A stretch of 64,000 nucleotides of DNA. Source: the human T2T-CHM13v2.0 reference genome, Homo sapiens. The stretch is from NCBI RefSeq assembly GCF_009914755.1, contig NC_060933.1, one strand, 5' to 3'. The notes beneath the pieces are model-generated. The model did not search any database, was not told the DNA's origin, and saw only the letters and a list, made by a program, of their open reading frames with translations. Below, one piece after another: positions 49,150 to 63,965 of the stretch. The position numbers and the translations under genes are program-made. The number at the start of each line of letters is the position of its first letter. Within the stretch, counting starts at the first letter, position 1.

Positions 49150-49950
49150 ACAAAAAAAAACCTAATTCCCAGTTAATTACTATATTAAATGTATTCCTTC
49201 TCATCTTCTCTCTGTACTTCTATGAGTGTTCTCTTTTGCAATAGTGTGACCCTATTACACATAATATTTTTTAACTTCTCTTTTCAAAATTAACAGCCCT
49301 CTAAGCATTCTTTTCAACTTCTAAAATTAAATCTTGTTGTGGCCATAGATGACTTCTGTTTGCTTTTGTAACTCCAGCTGCCAGCCTACTGCTTTGCACA
49401 CAGTAAGTGTTCAATAACTATTGAAAAAGTGAATGTATGAATGAGTGAATGATGATAACATTTAACAGATATAGTATTTCTTAATACGGATCTTCATACT
49501 TTAGTCAATCCTCTATTGTTAGAGATTAAATTTATAATTATTTATTTTTTGTGGTATAAATAAAACTGCAGTGAATACTTCAGAAGATAATTTTTGTATC
49601 TATCCCTAGTTATCTCTTCAGGATAAATTCCTGGATCTTAAATTTCTGGGTCAAAGAATATATTTTAATGTTCACCAGAAAGTTATAGAAATTTACCTTC
49701 CCATCCATAAAAATACCTAGTTTTCAAACCTTGTGTATTTGAACATTATCATGTTGATCGGTAATGTTGTATAATGCATGTTTATTATGATTATGAGTGC
49801 TTTAGATCACTTTTATATATGGACACAAAAACATTACTGTCTTCATATAAACATATTATTTGTGAATTTTTCTCTGTGTATCTTTCAGGATGTTTATCCT
49901 ATTCTCATTGATGATTAAACTGCTAAAATATTGTTAACATATTCAACTCT
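49150..49950 (-). mobile_element. Old L1ME-type relic
   Basis: T-rich; ggataaattcctgga...tgggtcaaag pattern. Confidence 0.5.
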
Positions 49951-50269
49951 GGTAACATCAATAAAAAACTATTTTGTTTTCTGGCCTTGGGCATTATGGA
50001 ACAACTTGTTCAATAAAGTTGCATTAAGTATGCAATAAGCATGCATTATTTAATATGACATTATCATTTGAGTACTAAACAACAGCAGCACACTCTGTAC
50101 AATATTTTCCCCAATCTACCTACTTTGCTTCCTGAAAATGTTGCAACAATACACTTCAGACTGAGCTAAGAGCAGCCTAGGTTCCCTAGCTCTTGACTGG
50201 ACTGCATTTGCTCCTCTGCTTTGCCTCATGTCAAAATGATAATGCAACTTAAAATTAAATCTAAACTGT

Positions 50270-50930
50270 CACTGTTGGTGGGAATGTAAATTAGTTCAGC
50301 CACTGCGGAAAGCAGCTTGGAGATTTCTCAAAGAACTTTAAACAGAACTACCATTCAACCAACAATCCCATTACTAGATATACACCCAAAAGAAAAGAAA
50401 TCATTCTACCACAAAGACACATGCACTTATATGTTAATCACAGCGCTATTCCCAACAGCAAAGGCATGGAATCAATCTAGGTGCCCATCAAACGTGGATT
50501 GGATAAAGAAAATATGGTACAAACACACCATGGAATGCTACACAGACATAAAACAGAACAAAATCAAGTCCTTTGCAGCAAAATGTATGGAGCTGGATGG
50601 AGGACATTATCCTAAGCAAATTAACACAGGAACAGAAAACCAAGTACTGTGTGTTCTCACTTATAAGTGGGAGCTAAACATTGACTCTACATGGATGTAA
50701 ATGTGGGAACAACAGACACTGGGGCCTACCAGAGGGGGTAGCAGGAAGGAGGGTGTAGGCTGAAAAACTACCTATTGGGTACTATGCTCACTACCTGGGT
50801 GACAGGACCATCTGTATCCTAAACCTCAGCAGCACCTAATACACCCATGTAACAAACCTGCATATGTATTCCCTGGATCCTAAAGAAATACATAAATAAA
50901 TAAATATAAATAAATAAACAAATAAATAAA
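50270..50930 (+). mobile_element. L1PA15/16-like 3' fragment
   Basis: cactgttggtgggaatgtaaattagttcagcc...tgaaaaactacctattgggtactatgctcactacctgggtga; (TAAA)n tail. Confidence 0.9.
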
Positions 50931-51646
50931 AATCTAAGGTGTCAAACAGTTCATTATCAAATGTCTTTAAAAGTAAGAACATTTTGGTAGGACAATAGCA
51001 CCAAAAAGAATGATAAAAGGCAAATAACAGAGGGGATGATAATATTTGCATAATAGTTGTACCATTTTGCCATTAAAAGGGCAATATTTCTGACACACAA
51101 AGGGTTCCTATATATTGATTTTTAAAAAGACAAACAACCCAATGGAATCATCAGCAGTGGATGTGATCGGGGCAATTAAGAGAATAAGAAATGAATATAT
51201 GAAAAGATATTCAGTCTCATTAGTAGTCATGGAAATGCAAATTAGACCAACAATAAAATGTCTTCTTTATTTTGGCTCATCAGATGGATAGAAATATTAT
51301 GACTGATTGTCATGAGCAGCCAGGTCTGGGAACAATTGCCTTAAAGAGGACCCACGATAAGCTCTCAAGGACCATGTGGTCCCTGTCAACTGCAGAATAT
51401 ATCTGCAATTGTTTTTTGAGAAGCACTGCTTGAGTTGCTCTAGATCAAGCACAGTTTCAGAGAATTGCTGTTATGTTATTTAGATTTGCTGAAGTTCAGT
51501 GTTAGCAGAGGCCTCAGGATTCACCCAGTTGAAACCCTTCAGTGATTTCCAAAATGAGGTAGTGCACCTCAGTGTTAGAGAAGAAACAATGCAAATGCCT
51601 ATTTATGTCATCCTTTTACATTTTCTGTTTTTTAAAATATGTTTTA

Positions 51647-51814
<168 letters not shown>

Positions 51815-52241
51815 CTAGTACAGTAATACACAGTAGAATTCAGAAATAAATGTATGCATTAAGATAAAGTATTCAAAAGACTATTACTAATCTCACTGTA
51901 CAATGAACAAGGGTTGGAGACTGGTTTTTACAGCTCAGCCAACTGAGATCCTCAGGCCTTTGTGTCCCCAAGACTTCCTAAGGCAGCGTGCTGCACACAG
52001 GAGATGCTCCAATCAATTTTTGTCAGTGAAAATGATAATATCGGATATAATAGTTGGGCAGAAGATAATTTTTAACTTTCTTGTAATGTCTTTGTCATGT
52101 TCTTATGAAATAACAGTATCATGGGATAAAACCTTGTTAATAGCACAAAAGTCAAAAGTTATACTATAGGCTGCAAATAATCATTCCTGTCTCAACCTTA
52201 ACAGGCTCTCATTTCTCTCCCTTCTTTCTCCCTCTCTCTCC

Positions 52242-52243
<2 letters not shown>

Positions 52244-52285
<42 letters not shown>
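52244..52285. repeat. (CA)n microsatellite, about 21 units
   Basis: Direct reading. Confidence 0.95.
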
Positions 52286-52286
<1 letters not shown>

Positions 52287-53111
52287 AGAGCATTATGACA
52301 TGTGCATTATGCCCACTTCATGATCTAAAGTTCCAAAACTGAATTAAAATGATTTTATAAAGTAATGGATTTTATGAGTATTAAGTCATCACATATTTTC
52401 CTCTTTTCTCTCAAGACAAGATTCTTGACTTCTGAGTTGCTACCACATTCTAATTCATCTATTATTCTGAAGATATAGCAGTTGCAATAATTTCATTTTT
52501 AAATATCTCAAGCAGTGTGTACAGGTACACTATTGAACTCTACCAAAACATGACTTGCTATTAGTACATGCACATCCAGCAGGCCCAATCCTGGGGCCTA
52601 ACATAGATACAGAAACCACCAAATTAGAAGGGCATAATTCTAATTAGCTACCAGGTGTTTCTTAGCTCTGTCCCCAACACTTGCATGATCAATGCATGTC
52701 TAGCATAAAGTCACTCTGAAATTCAAGTTTAAATGATTTCAAGACAAAAACTATATCCATTATATTAATAATCAGAGGTACAAGGGTTTTGCCCTTAGGC
52801 ACTGATTTTACATACAGTGATTTCTAACAAATTCCAAAACTTCATATAGTGTTTTTTGCGATATTTTGTAGTTATTATAGTGTCTCATTCGGTTGACAAA
52901 ATGTGGGAAATATTTTGTAAAGTTCAAATAACTTCCTACTGCCTATTCATAAGTAGAATGACAACAAGACATACGCCTGCCTTCCCCAAGGGTTGTTAAG
53001 TATTCAACTTTAGCCCTTTTTGCAAAACGCTGGCAATTTTTGAAGCTGGGAGATGGGCACGTGGAGTTCTCTTTGGCCTCTCTGCTGACGTATGTTTGAA
53101 AACTTAAGTAC

Positions 53112-53327
53112 AAAAAAGGAAGGAAGGAAGGAAGAAAGAAAGGAAAGGAAGGAGGAAGGGAGGAGAGGAAGGAAGGAAGTGGGTAAGAAAGGAGGAAGGG
53201 AAAGAAAAGAGAGCGAGAGAAAGAGCGAGAGAGAATGGAAGGAAGAGGAAGAGAGGGAGGGAAGTAGGGAGGAAGTTAAGAGGGAGAGAGGGAGCGGATG
53301 GTCAGAAGGGAGGGAGGAGGGAGGGAA
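53112..53327. repeat. GGAA/GA-rich polypurine low-complexity tract
   Basis: About 215 bp of almost pure purines. Confidence 0.9.
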
Positions 53328-54001
53328 TGCCCTTTCCGCCCGGTGCTGTGAACAGCCCAGGCCCCTGTGTGCACATTCTTGACAACGGGTCATGTCTTCG
53401 GTTTCAATCTGTGGAGGTGAATCAGCACTCAGACTTGTGCCTGGTATTAGTCAACCAAATATTTGCTGAAAGAGTGAATCAAAGCAATAAATAAGAAGCC
53501 CAAATTCTGAGTTCCTGGGCAGCTATAGCCTAGGCTGAGATTAGAGTAGCAAAAACAAGGGAATGGGTTGTCTGCCATCCCACGCACCTTTCTCCTCCCC
53601 CACCAACTGCTCTGTCCTCTCCCACAACACCATCAACCCCCCGCCCCCGCCCCCGCCAGCAGGTGTTTCATGCTGTTCATGGCTTTCTTTTTTATCTTTT
53701 ATCTTATGCGGAGAGGGTAGGGGAGAACAACAGTGTGTTTATGACACCATGGGTACCCAACAAAGAAAAAACGAACCGCATCAGACCACGCAAAACGATC
53801 ACACACCACGCTGACATGATTCAAACACCATCTCCTGTGATATAACTGAACAAGGAAATTGTTCTCAGTGGAGCTAGAATTTAAGGCTACATCAGCAATA
53901 CTTCCAAGAGCTGTCAGGTTGATTCAGTATCAGAAAAAATGACTGGAGGAAAAGTAAGGACTGAGAGCCCTCACCTTGCTTTGCTTTTTGCAGTTTTGCT
54001 C

Positions 54002-54308
54002 TTTTGTTGTTGTTGTTGTTGTTGAGACGGAGTCTCACTCTGTCCCTAAGGCTGGAGCGCGGTGGCACAATCTCGGCTCACTGCAACCTCCACCTCCTGG
54101 GTTCAAGTGATTCTCCTGCCTCAGCCTTCTGAGTAGCTGGGATTACAGGCGCGTGCCACCATGCCCGGCCAATTTTTTTGTGTATTTTTAGTAGAGACAG
54201 GGTTTCACCATGTTGGTCAGGTTGGTCTCGAACTCCTGACCTTGTGATCCGCCCACCTCGGCCTTCCAAAGTGCTGGGATTACAGGTGTGAGCCACTGCG
54301 CCCGGCCG
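54002..54308 (-). mobile_element. AluS with (TTG)n tail
   Basis: Dimer. Confidence 0.95.
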
Positions 54309-55267
54309 GTTTTGCTTTTTTCTCTTAATCTTGACAGCCTAATGTTATTCCTAGGCTCTTGTGTACATGTATCTAAATATTTATCCTGGCTACAAATTAA
54401 GACAAAAACAATAAGATGTGGAGAAATAGCCCCAAATTCTGGTTCCAATCTTAATTCACTAGAGCACTCAGGGGTGCTTCCTGCTTTTCATGTCATTCCT
54501 TTTTCCCGTAGACAGGAAAAAGAAACCCACTCTATATGCGAGGTGGGTGTAGACGAGATTTCTTTATTAACTGTTTCCTGACAATACATCAAGAAAAAAC
54601 CTCATATGACTCAGTACATACATGACAGGCAGTAAATGGTGTCATAGGACATTTATAGTAACTTATATCAAAAATGGAGAAAAACATCCAAAATAACAAA
54701 GCTATGATACCATTCGAAACTCTTCCACCTGTCTTTTTCCACTCTTCCAAACACGTTTCCAAGCCCTCCACTTAGAATACAGAACCTTCTGAAAAACAAA
54801 CTGTTCATCTTTGCACAGACATGTGCCATGAGGCTGCCTTGCAGGTGTCCACACATACACTCAGGCCTGAGCTGGTTTACTGTGCCCACCATCCCTAGCA
54901 ATCCCCTGGACAAGGTGCATACGGGAGGACCACGGAAGTTAGTTAACAGCCATTAGGGAATTCTGTAGGATAGAACCCTCCCCTCTCCCCTAATATTTAC
55001 ACAATCACATGTACATGATCATTCACAGCAGTGTCTCTAAGACAAAGGACTTCTGCCCAGGGCAACAGCCAACTCACCTAGCGTCAATATGCAATAGCAA
55101 TCAGAAAAAATTGTTACGACTTCTCAAATTTGCCCTGAAGACTAGTATCTTAATAATTAAGCAGCCCTAATTTTTGGTAGGAATTTCCCTTCTATTCTAG
55201 ATTAAAGTATTTTCATTTTATTGAAAAAAATTGTGATTCATAAATAATTTTACTTTAACAGATCCTT

Positions 55268-55295
55268 GGGGGGTGGGGGGGGGGGGGCGGGGGGG
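55268..55295 (+). repeat. G6-T-G13-C-G7 poly-G tract (G-quadruplex capable)
   Basis: Direct reading. Confidence 0.9.
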
Positions 55296-56841
55296 AAGGA
55301 AAGGCTTCTGCCGCTGTACACTAAGTTCCCAGAACTTTCTTTTGTGAGCCTGTGTTAAGATCACGTCCTCTTACCGCGTCGCCCCTTCTGTAGCCTGCTG
55401 CTGTGCGGCACAGCTTGCCCCAGATACTTTAATTATTTCTGCTCCTTCGGATTAGAAGGGCTGGAGCTAATTAGTCAGGTCTTCTCCCCCTATGAACAAG
55501 CCAAGACGCGCTCGAAGACTTTTCCCAGAAGCTTTGCTTTTCTGCAGTCAGCTTTTTGTTGTCATAAGGAAGATCTATTGCTTTAATACTCACGAGTGTA
55601 AATGTCTGCATTTGGAATGGACGTCAGGCCAGTGACACCACACACCTGGCATGTCTGAAACCCACTCAGACATGGCAGTAATGAATAGATAAGCGACTGG
55701 AAGTGGGAGGGAGGAGAAGATTGTTTCCAGTACGGTGCAGGTATGCAGGTTCACAGGGAAATGTGCGAGGGATCTGCAGAGCAATTACTGTACTTTGCAA
55801 AGACGACAGTTTTTAATGATGCCATTATTTATTACACTGTGTGTTTTTCAGTGACAGAAGAACTCTCACCTTCCAGGTGACCTCTCAGGATCGTTCTCTC
55901 TTTCTCTCTCTCTCTCTTTCAAAATATTTTGCAAAATAGAAAACCCTTTTAAAACTAAACAGTATCTGGTGCACAGTAGATATTCAAAAAATGTTTATTA
56001 AAATACACATTTTATAGCAGAGAACAGTGCAATAGAAAGTAAATGCAGATGCAGCAAGATATAGAAATGCACGCATATATAAATTCCATATTATTTCACT
56101 GATATTTTAAAAGCATAAACATGTTGATATAAACTGAGTATCATGCTCTATTAAGAACAAGCTCTCCCAAAGGAAAGTTTAAAGTATTCTAAGCATCAGA
56201 GGCTTCCCACCTTGGGAAAATACGGTTTTATGATTCTAAGTAGTAAATAACCTATTTTTCAGCTGCTCAAACATTTTCCTTTTGTCTTCTCTCTTCTATG
56301 AGGAGAACTGACTTGGGTCTCCAGAGCCCCTCAATTGGAAAATTTTTTGATATTATCAATTTGAATTTTATTTTTGTAATTTTAAGGGAGATCATTAACT
56401 AAATAGATTATGGAAGGGACCTTTAATACAGAAATGTTTTCTATCTTGATGTTCTAAATAAGTCAGCCACATTAAAAAGAATGCTGTTATAGTAGAAGAA
56501 TATTTTGTTGCTTTACTTTTTTATTGGACTTTGAATAAAAAAATACATATCCAGAGATTAACACATGAAAAAGATTTTTAAATATTATGAAAACCTTAAC
56601 AATACATAATAAAAATGCATCGGATCACCCAAATCTTTTGCCATAATAAATAGCTGTAAAATAGGTCCTATTAAATATAAATTCTTGTCAAAAGAAGAGA
56701 GCAAGACTCCCTAACTTTTTTTTTTTTTGCAACAAGGAGTAACTTTTTAATACACTCATAATTTAATTCGCTGATAATTTAGTTCCCTCTTTAGAGCCTC
56801 AGAGTGGAAAGGAGAGAGAACATGCTAAAAAAAAAATCCTC

Positions 56842-57282
<441 letters not shown>

Positions 57283-57309
57283 CTAAGTGGCAACAACCAG
57301 TTAATAACA

Positions 57310-57410
57310 ATACGGCAGCAAAGAGTACCTCACCATTGCACAACTCCAGGGAGTGCCATTCACATAAAATCCAAAGTGAATGGTGCCTACAAAGCAACTG
57401 CTGGGCAGCT
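57310..57410. mobile_element. MER91-like hAT-Tip100 MITE fragment
   Basis: tgcacaactccaggg..gccattcaca...gtgaatggtgcc palindromic core. Confidence 0.65.
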
Positions 57411-57586
57411 ACTATGGATCATGTTGTTTTTCTGAGCCTGACATCATTTCACAAAATTCTCAGAACCCTGTGTGGGAATCCTACGTTATCCCTATGTGAC
57501 AGATAAATTTGGTCCATATAGACTGTAACTGTCCTAGAATGAGGATCACCAAAGCCTGTGCATTTAAGGACCACCTCCCTCTCTGC

Positions 57587-57915
57587 CAGTCATCCATATC
57601 CCTGGGTTCACATTCATGGATTCAACCAACCAGGCATAAAAGACACTCAAAGAAAAACAAAAAAATGGATGGTTGTATCTGTACTGAACATATGCGGACT
57701 TTTTTCTTGTCATTATTCCTTCAACAATTTACATAGCATTTACATTGTATTAGGCATTATCAGTAATCTAGAGATGATTTAATGTATACAGGAGGAAGCA
57801 TGTCGGTTATATGCAAATACTATTTCATTTTATATCAAGGACTTGAGCATCCACAGATTTTGGTATCCAGGGAGGGTCCTGGAACCAGTTCCCTGTGGAA
57901 ACCAAGAGATAACTG
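57587..57915. mobile_element. Tigger3-type (TcMar-Tigger) MITE
   Basis: catggattcaaccaacc...tatatcaagggacttgagcatcc...; ends cagtcatc / gataactg. Confidence 0.85.
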
Positions 57916-58077
57916 AACTATGTTGGCTAACAGCTGTGTCTAGTGCTTTGGTAATCCTGGGCCTCCAAGGCCCTGCTCAGCCCTTCCTCACTCTATCTGC
58001 TAGCCATTTTATATGTGTTTTTAAACTTACAGTGGTCAATCTTGATTATCTTGGGGCAAATATAAATTACTATGACA

Positions 58078-58368
58078 ATTTTTTTAAGACAGAGTCTCAC
58101 TCTGTTACCTAGGCTGGAGTGCAGGGGCACAACGTCAGCCTACTGCAACCTCCACCTCCTGGTTTCAAGTGATTCTCCTGCCTCAGCCTCCTGAGTAGCT
58201 GGGACTACAGGTACATGCCACCCCGCCTGGCCAATTTTTGTATTTTTAGTAGAGATGGGGTTTCACCATGTTGCCCAGACTGGTCTCAAACTCCTGGCCT
58301 CAAGCAATCTGCCTGCCTCAGGCTCCCAAAGTGCTGGGATTACAGGTGTGAGCTACCACGTCCAGCCT
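58078..58368 (-). mobile_element. Alu (S/J)
   Basis: Dimer; TSD gacaattttt. Confidence 0.93.
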
Positions 58369-59035
58369 AGTTACGACAATTTTCTTAAAATTACGCTGTA
58401 GATAGTGACATTGTAAAAAATGAAAATAGTCAACATTTATACAGGTGACCACAAACACCTGCATACATAGAAGGCTTCTATTGTTTGGCCCCACCTAGAA
58501 ACAACAGATACCATGCCAAACCCACAAGAGTCCTTGGCACCTGGAAGGGTAGGCCCTGGAACCCTGTGCCCTCATGGCCAGCAACCTCCACTGAGGGTGC
58601 AGCATCTGCAAGCCCCACCTTCCAAGCATCGTCACAGGCACATTCAAACCCTCCCCACCGCATCCCCTCCCTGAGCTCCTCCTCAGCTCTTTGCCCCTCA
58701 ATGGGCTTCTAGAAACGTCTCTTCTAAGAAGTGGAGGAAGAGAGACAGAGCAACGATGCACAAAAGCCAGTCTTTTTTCACCTCTGCTGCACCCTGCTAC
58801 AAATACAGTACAATTACTTACGCATTACAAGTCATGGAAGAACAATGTGGGGGCGCAGTGGACAGGAGCCATTAATTGCCCTAAGTGTTGGGAAGGCTTC
58901 ACAGAGGAGGTGACTTTTGCCTTTCTTCAAGGGAAGAAAGATAAGAGTTTCCCAGGCTGAAAAGTAGCAGGAGCCTCTACTCTTCTTTTCATGATTCTCA
59001 TTAAGTTAAAAAAACAATTTTACATGATGATTATG

Positions 59036-59039
<4 letters not shown>

Positions 59040-59088
<49 letters not shown>
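59040..59088. repeat. (CA)n microsatellite, about 24 units
   Basis: Direct reading. Confidence 0.95.
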
Positions 59089-59092
<4 letters not shown>

Positions 59093-59261
59093 CACACCTC
59101 AAAACTCCCTATTGGTCAGAGATATATACTGAAAAACTTACAGGTAAAATGACATGATGTCTGTGGTTTGTTTTAAAATATCCCAGGAAACAAAAGTGTG
59201 TATGTGTGTTAAGGAACGGATGAAACAAGATTAGCAAAACATTGATAATTATTGAAGGTAA

Positions 59262-59700
59262 GTGTTATGGATTATGTCCTTCCCCAAATACATATGTTGG
59301 TGTCCTATCCCCCAGTGCCTCAGAATATAACCTTATTTGGACCTGGGGTCATGCAGATGTAATTAGTTAAGCTGAAATGCTGTCATTAGATGGACCCTTA
59401 TCTAACATGACTGTGACATTATGAAAAGGGGAAATTTAAACACAGAGACGTGAACAGAGGGAAGGTGATGTGAAGACACAGGGAGAAGCCCATCCACAAA
59501 CCAAGGATCATCTGAGACCACCAAGAGCTGGGAGAGAGGCCTGGAACAGATCCCTCCTCAGTACCTTCCGAGGAAGCCTGGCCCTGACAACATCTTGATC
59601 TTGAACTTCCAGCCTCCAGAGCTGTGAGACAGTAAATTTCTGTTGTTTAAGCCACTCCATTTTTGGTGGTTTGTTATATCAGCCCTAGAAAACTAGTACA
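59262..59700 (+). mobile_element. MLT1B-like LTR inserted in an L1M 3' relic (~59100-59790)
   Basis: aaccttatttgg...gcagatgtaattagttaag...ctgtgagacagtaaatttctgttgtttaagcc. Confidence 0.85.
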
Positions 59701-61801
59701 CTAAGTCATAGGTCCACTGAGGATTAATTACGCAATTTTTTCCACTTTTGTATATGTTTTAGATTTTCCATAATAAAAGTTTTTTTAAAAGAAGCCTTGT
59801 ATATAGTCTCAGAAATATTAATAATTCAGCTACACTCTGCCACTGTACTTCCCGAGGAAACCACCCAAAAGTGCCAAAGTAACTCTAATATCCAAAAATA
59901 CAGCTGGTCCCCTCTTCAATCTTTGTGTCTAATTTCACATCTGTAATCCCTTTTCCCTTTTCAAGGGATCGCTGGTAAATCTCCCAAACGAGGCGCCAGA
60001 GAGCTCTATTGTGTGCCTCTTGGCTCTTTCGGGCTCCCAACAGCGCGTCTTCCTCTCAAGCATAATTGAAGGCAGCCTCACAGTGCCTTTGAAAACTGCA
60101 TATGAGGCGAGGAGAGAGAGAACATCCTTGCAGCACAAACCCATGATGAAAGCTTTTGTGAATTTGTGCTCTGGCCAACTATGGACGGGCTACCCGATAC
60201 ACAATATCGATGGCATTTAACACTTGGTAGGCAGGTTAAGGAAAAGTACTCCATAAAGTGCATTAAATAACCTCATAATCACATTTAAAGGCTAAGTGAA
60301 CTGGGGCCACCGCAAGTACTAAAATACATGATAACAAAAGCAGTCAGCATTTTCCATACCATATGCTTATAAATGTTATTCTGCAGGGAACCAATTAAAA
60401 CTATGGAATACTTAGAGCACAGACATATGGAACAAAACAGGGCAACTTATCTTGTCACTGCAGTGCTTGCTCAGTACATCTCTTCGGGAGATGTAATACT
60501 GAATCATTAGTACAAATAAATGTGATCTTAATCATGAATACCAAAAGGCCACACCAGCACTTAAAGCTTTGGCTTTGGTGGCTCCATTATTGAGGGTTTT
60601 AAAAGGAAGGAGAACTGACTGTCTCCCAAAGAGTCACATAAAATACCAGCCATATTAAATATTCAAAAAATATCATTAGTACAGCAAATTTTTAATGAGG
60701 CTAAGTCTCTGTTTCCTCACCTGTTACACTGGAAAACAATAATAATGATATCCTGTGAAATTCAGAGGGTTGCTGGTCAAACCATTTAAAAAGTGCACAT
60801 GAAAGCATGTTGGGGAGTCTAATGCTCTGAATTGGTGTCAGTATTGATTTTGTTACCGATGGAAAGAAGACATGCAGATAACCCAAAAGAAGCAATTATC
60901 AAGGCTGATTCTGACAGCCATTAAGTTAAAACTCTAGATGGAGCTTTACTAAGTTGTCTTGACATTAAAAAGAAATGAAAACTTAAAAAAAAATCTGAGA
61001 TATATTCATAGGTCAGTCTAATAGGAAAAAGACAGTGGACATTTTCCATCCCATCGCTCGAGCTTCATTTGGTATTGCTGCTTAATTTAGAATTAACATT
61101 TAAAGGAACCAGACATAAATTTTAATAAGATGGTTCACAAACCTAACAGAAATAATGCTAGGAAATACAGGCTCAAGCATCGCCTCAGAACCAGAGCATG
61201 AGAGAAAAATAAAGGAAGAAATTTCTTAAAAGGGTAGAATGAGTTTGCAGCAGACAAAGTATATTAATTATCATGAGATGAGATCAAAAGTGGGCTGAGG
61301 TAGTGCTGTAGTGCAGGGGACTACATTAATTAATAATGAGTCAACAATAAAATGTCAGTAACAAATTATAAAACAATAATTTTACTTGCATACAACCTAT
61401 TTTCTTGTCAATGATCTTTCTGCTATAATCTGCCTCCAAAAATCTATACTTCTGAGGCCTTTTTTTCCAAGCTTTTCTCCCGCTACACACACCCCAGTGT
61501 GTTTCAACCATACAGACAGCACCTGTATTCCAGGTCCCAATCTCACACACTTTTCAACCCCCAAGCCTTTGCACCAGCACCTCCCTCTACCTAGACGTCC
61601 CTTCCCCATTGTCTGCCCAGAGAACTGTGACTCTTCTTTCAAAACTCTGCTCAAATATCACTTTTTTCTGTGAAATCTACACTGACCTCCCCACCCATAC
61701 CACCTTCAATACTCTTCAGTACTGGAGATTTCTGGGTTGTAAATAGATGTTATCATATCTATTTGTCCCAAACTGTGAGCAACTTGAGGGCTAGCTCTGT
61801 G

Positions 61802-62110
<309 letters not shown>

Positions 62111-62319
62111 CTCTGTGTTTTAGCCACCTGTGTGAGTCCAAAGTCTCAAGATGTTCTCTGCACATAGTAAATAGTGACTCAATAAATGTTTATAATAGAA
62201 TGAATAGGGAATGTGGGCACAGAGGTTCTCTCAACACCCAAGTCATACCACTGCTATCCATCCTTTCTTCCTATCTATGTCCCTTTGACACGTATCTCAA
62301 ACTTGGGAGAACATCAAAA

Positions 62320-62490
62320 TCATAGGGTGGGTGCAGAAGGCACCAAGAATAACTGTTAAAAACACATAGCCCTGGTCCCATTCTGCTATGTTCTTATCAG
62401 GTAGATCTGGAGTGGGGCCCAGTTATCTGTGTTTTGAACAAGCTCCCCAGGTGAATGCAATACGCACAAACATTTAAGAATCATGGCTCT
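62320..62490. mobile_element. MER5A-type MITE
   Basis: tctggagtggggccca...aacaagctccccaggtga...ttaagaatca. Confidence 0.7.
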
Positions 62491-63666
62491 ATGGCATACT
62501 AGTAGTAGAAATTCCTATTTCCTGTGAGGTAGAGAAAATCATCTCTACAAATCTGCTTGCAAAATCTGTTTCAAGAAAAATGAAGCAACTAGACACAGAG
62601 GAACCGTCTTGGATTTTAGAAGAAAACCATTTAAGTAGATAGATGGAAATAAAAATACACAATGAATAAGCAGAACTCAAAATTTCTCTGGATTTGACTC
62701 AAGTGAATTACAGAGAATTGTCGAAGCAAGGAATAGCATGTTCTGCTTGGAACACTTCCTGTTTTTCTGCAAGGAAAAGCATTCCATGTCCATGACCCAC
62801 AATGCTAGAGGCACTGAGGGTTCCTCCTGCTCACAATACTGACCCTTTTTGGGGGCCAGATTCCCCTGGACTTTTCAGAAATTTTCCAAGGCAGGCAATG
62901 GGTGATATTGATTCCATGGAGGCACCTACATAAACAAATAGATTTAAAATTTTCTCTTTCTTTCCCTTGACCTATTCCCTCTTTCTGTGCTACTCGGGGC
63001 TCCTCCCTCCCACCTAGACATACCTATTACACTTGGTGGCGTTTTTGGGTGGGAATGAGGCCCAACACTGTCCCACCATTTTTAGTGGAATCAACAAAGA
63101 GATCATCAGCACCTGCCAGTCATTCTAACTCTTCTGTTTCTAATACCGCTGCTAGCCAAATAAGCTACTTCCCACACTAGTTTTAAAATAACCATTGGAT
63201 CTTGGAAGTGACTTAAACCCAAGAGGAAATTTTATATATAATTACCCCAGTGCCTGCCATCTCTAGAATTACAGTGACTCTAGAGAAATGCTAATCAAAC
63301 TGCATTACATGAGATATTTTTAAGCATGGAATATAATACAGGTTGACACATCTGAAAGAAAGTTGTCTCCTCAGGATACCATAAGACACATAAAGCTTTC
63401 TGGAAAAGAGGCAGGAGACATAGGATACTGAGCCCAACTCTACTGCTAACTAGCAGTGAGTCTTTGATCTAGATATATGTGTCTTCTCAGCCTCATATCT
63501 TCATCTCTAAAATAATGAGACTGGACCAAATGATCATTAAGATTCCCTTCAAGCTTTAATGCTCTAGAACAAGTCTACAAAAGAACATGGGTATAGAAGA
63601 GGTATCCCAGGAAGATGTGCATTTTAAAAGAGGACCTATACATTTTTCATTAAAAAAAAAAAATTC

Positions 63667-63965
63667 AGACCTGGCGCGGTGCCTCATGCCTGTAATCCCA
63701 GCACTTTGGTAGGCCAAGACAGACAGATTGTCTAAGCTCAGGAGTTCGAGACCAGCCTGGGCAACATGGCGAAACCCCATCTCTACTAAAAATACAAAAA
63801 ATTAGCCGGGTGTGGTGGCAGTCACCTGTAGTCCCAGCTAATCGGGAGGCTTGCTTGAACCCAGGAGGCGGAGGTTGCAGTGAGCCAAAATTGTGCCACT
63901 TGACTCCAGCCTGGGTGACAGAGTGAGACCCTGTCTCAATTAAAACACACACACACACACACACA
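63667..63965 (+). mobile_element. Alu with a small right-arm deletion and (CA)n tail
   Basis: gggaggc joined directly to ttgcttgaac. Confidence 0.92.

Noticed and set aside
59985-60000. CTCF-like cccaaacgaggcgc in a mildly CpG-rich block
   Set aside because: Core match is too poor
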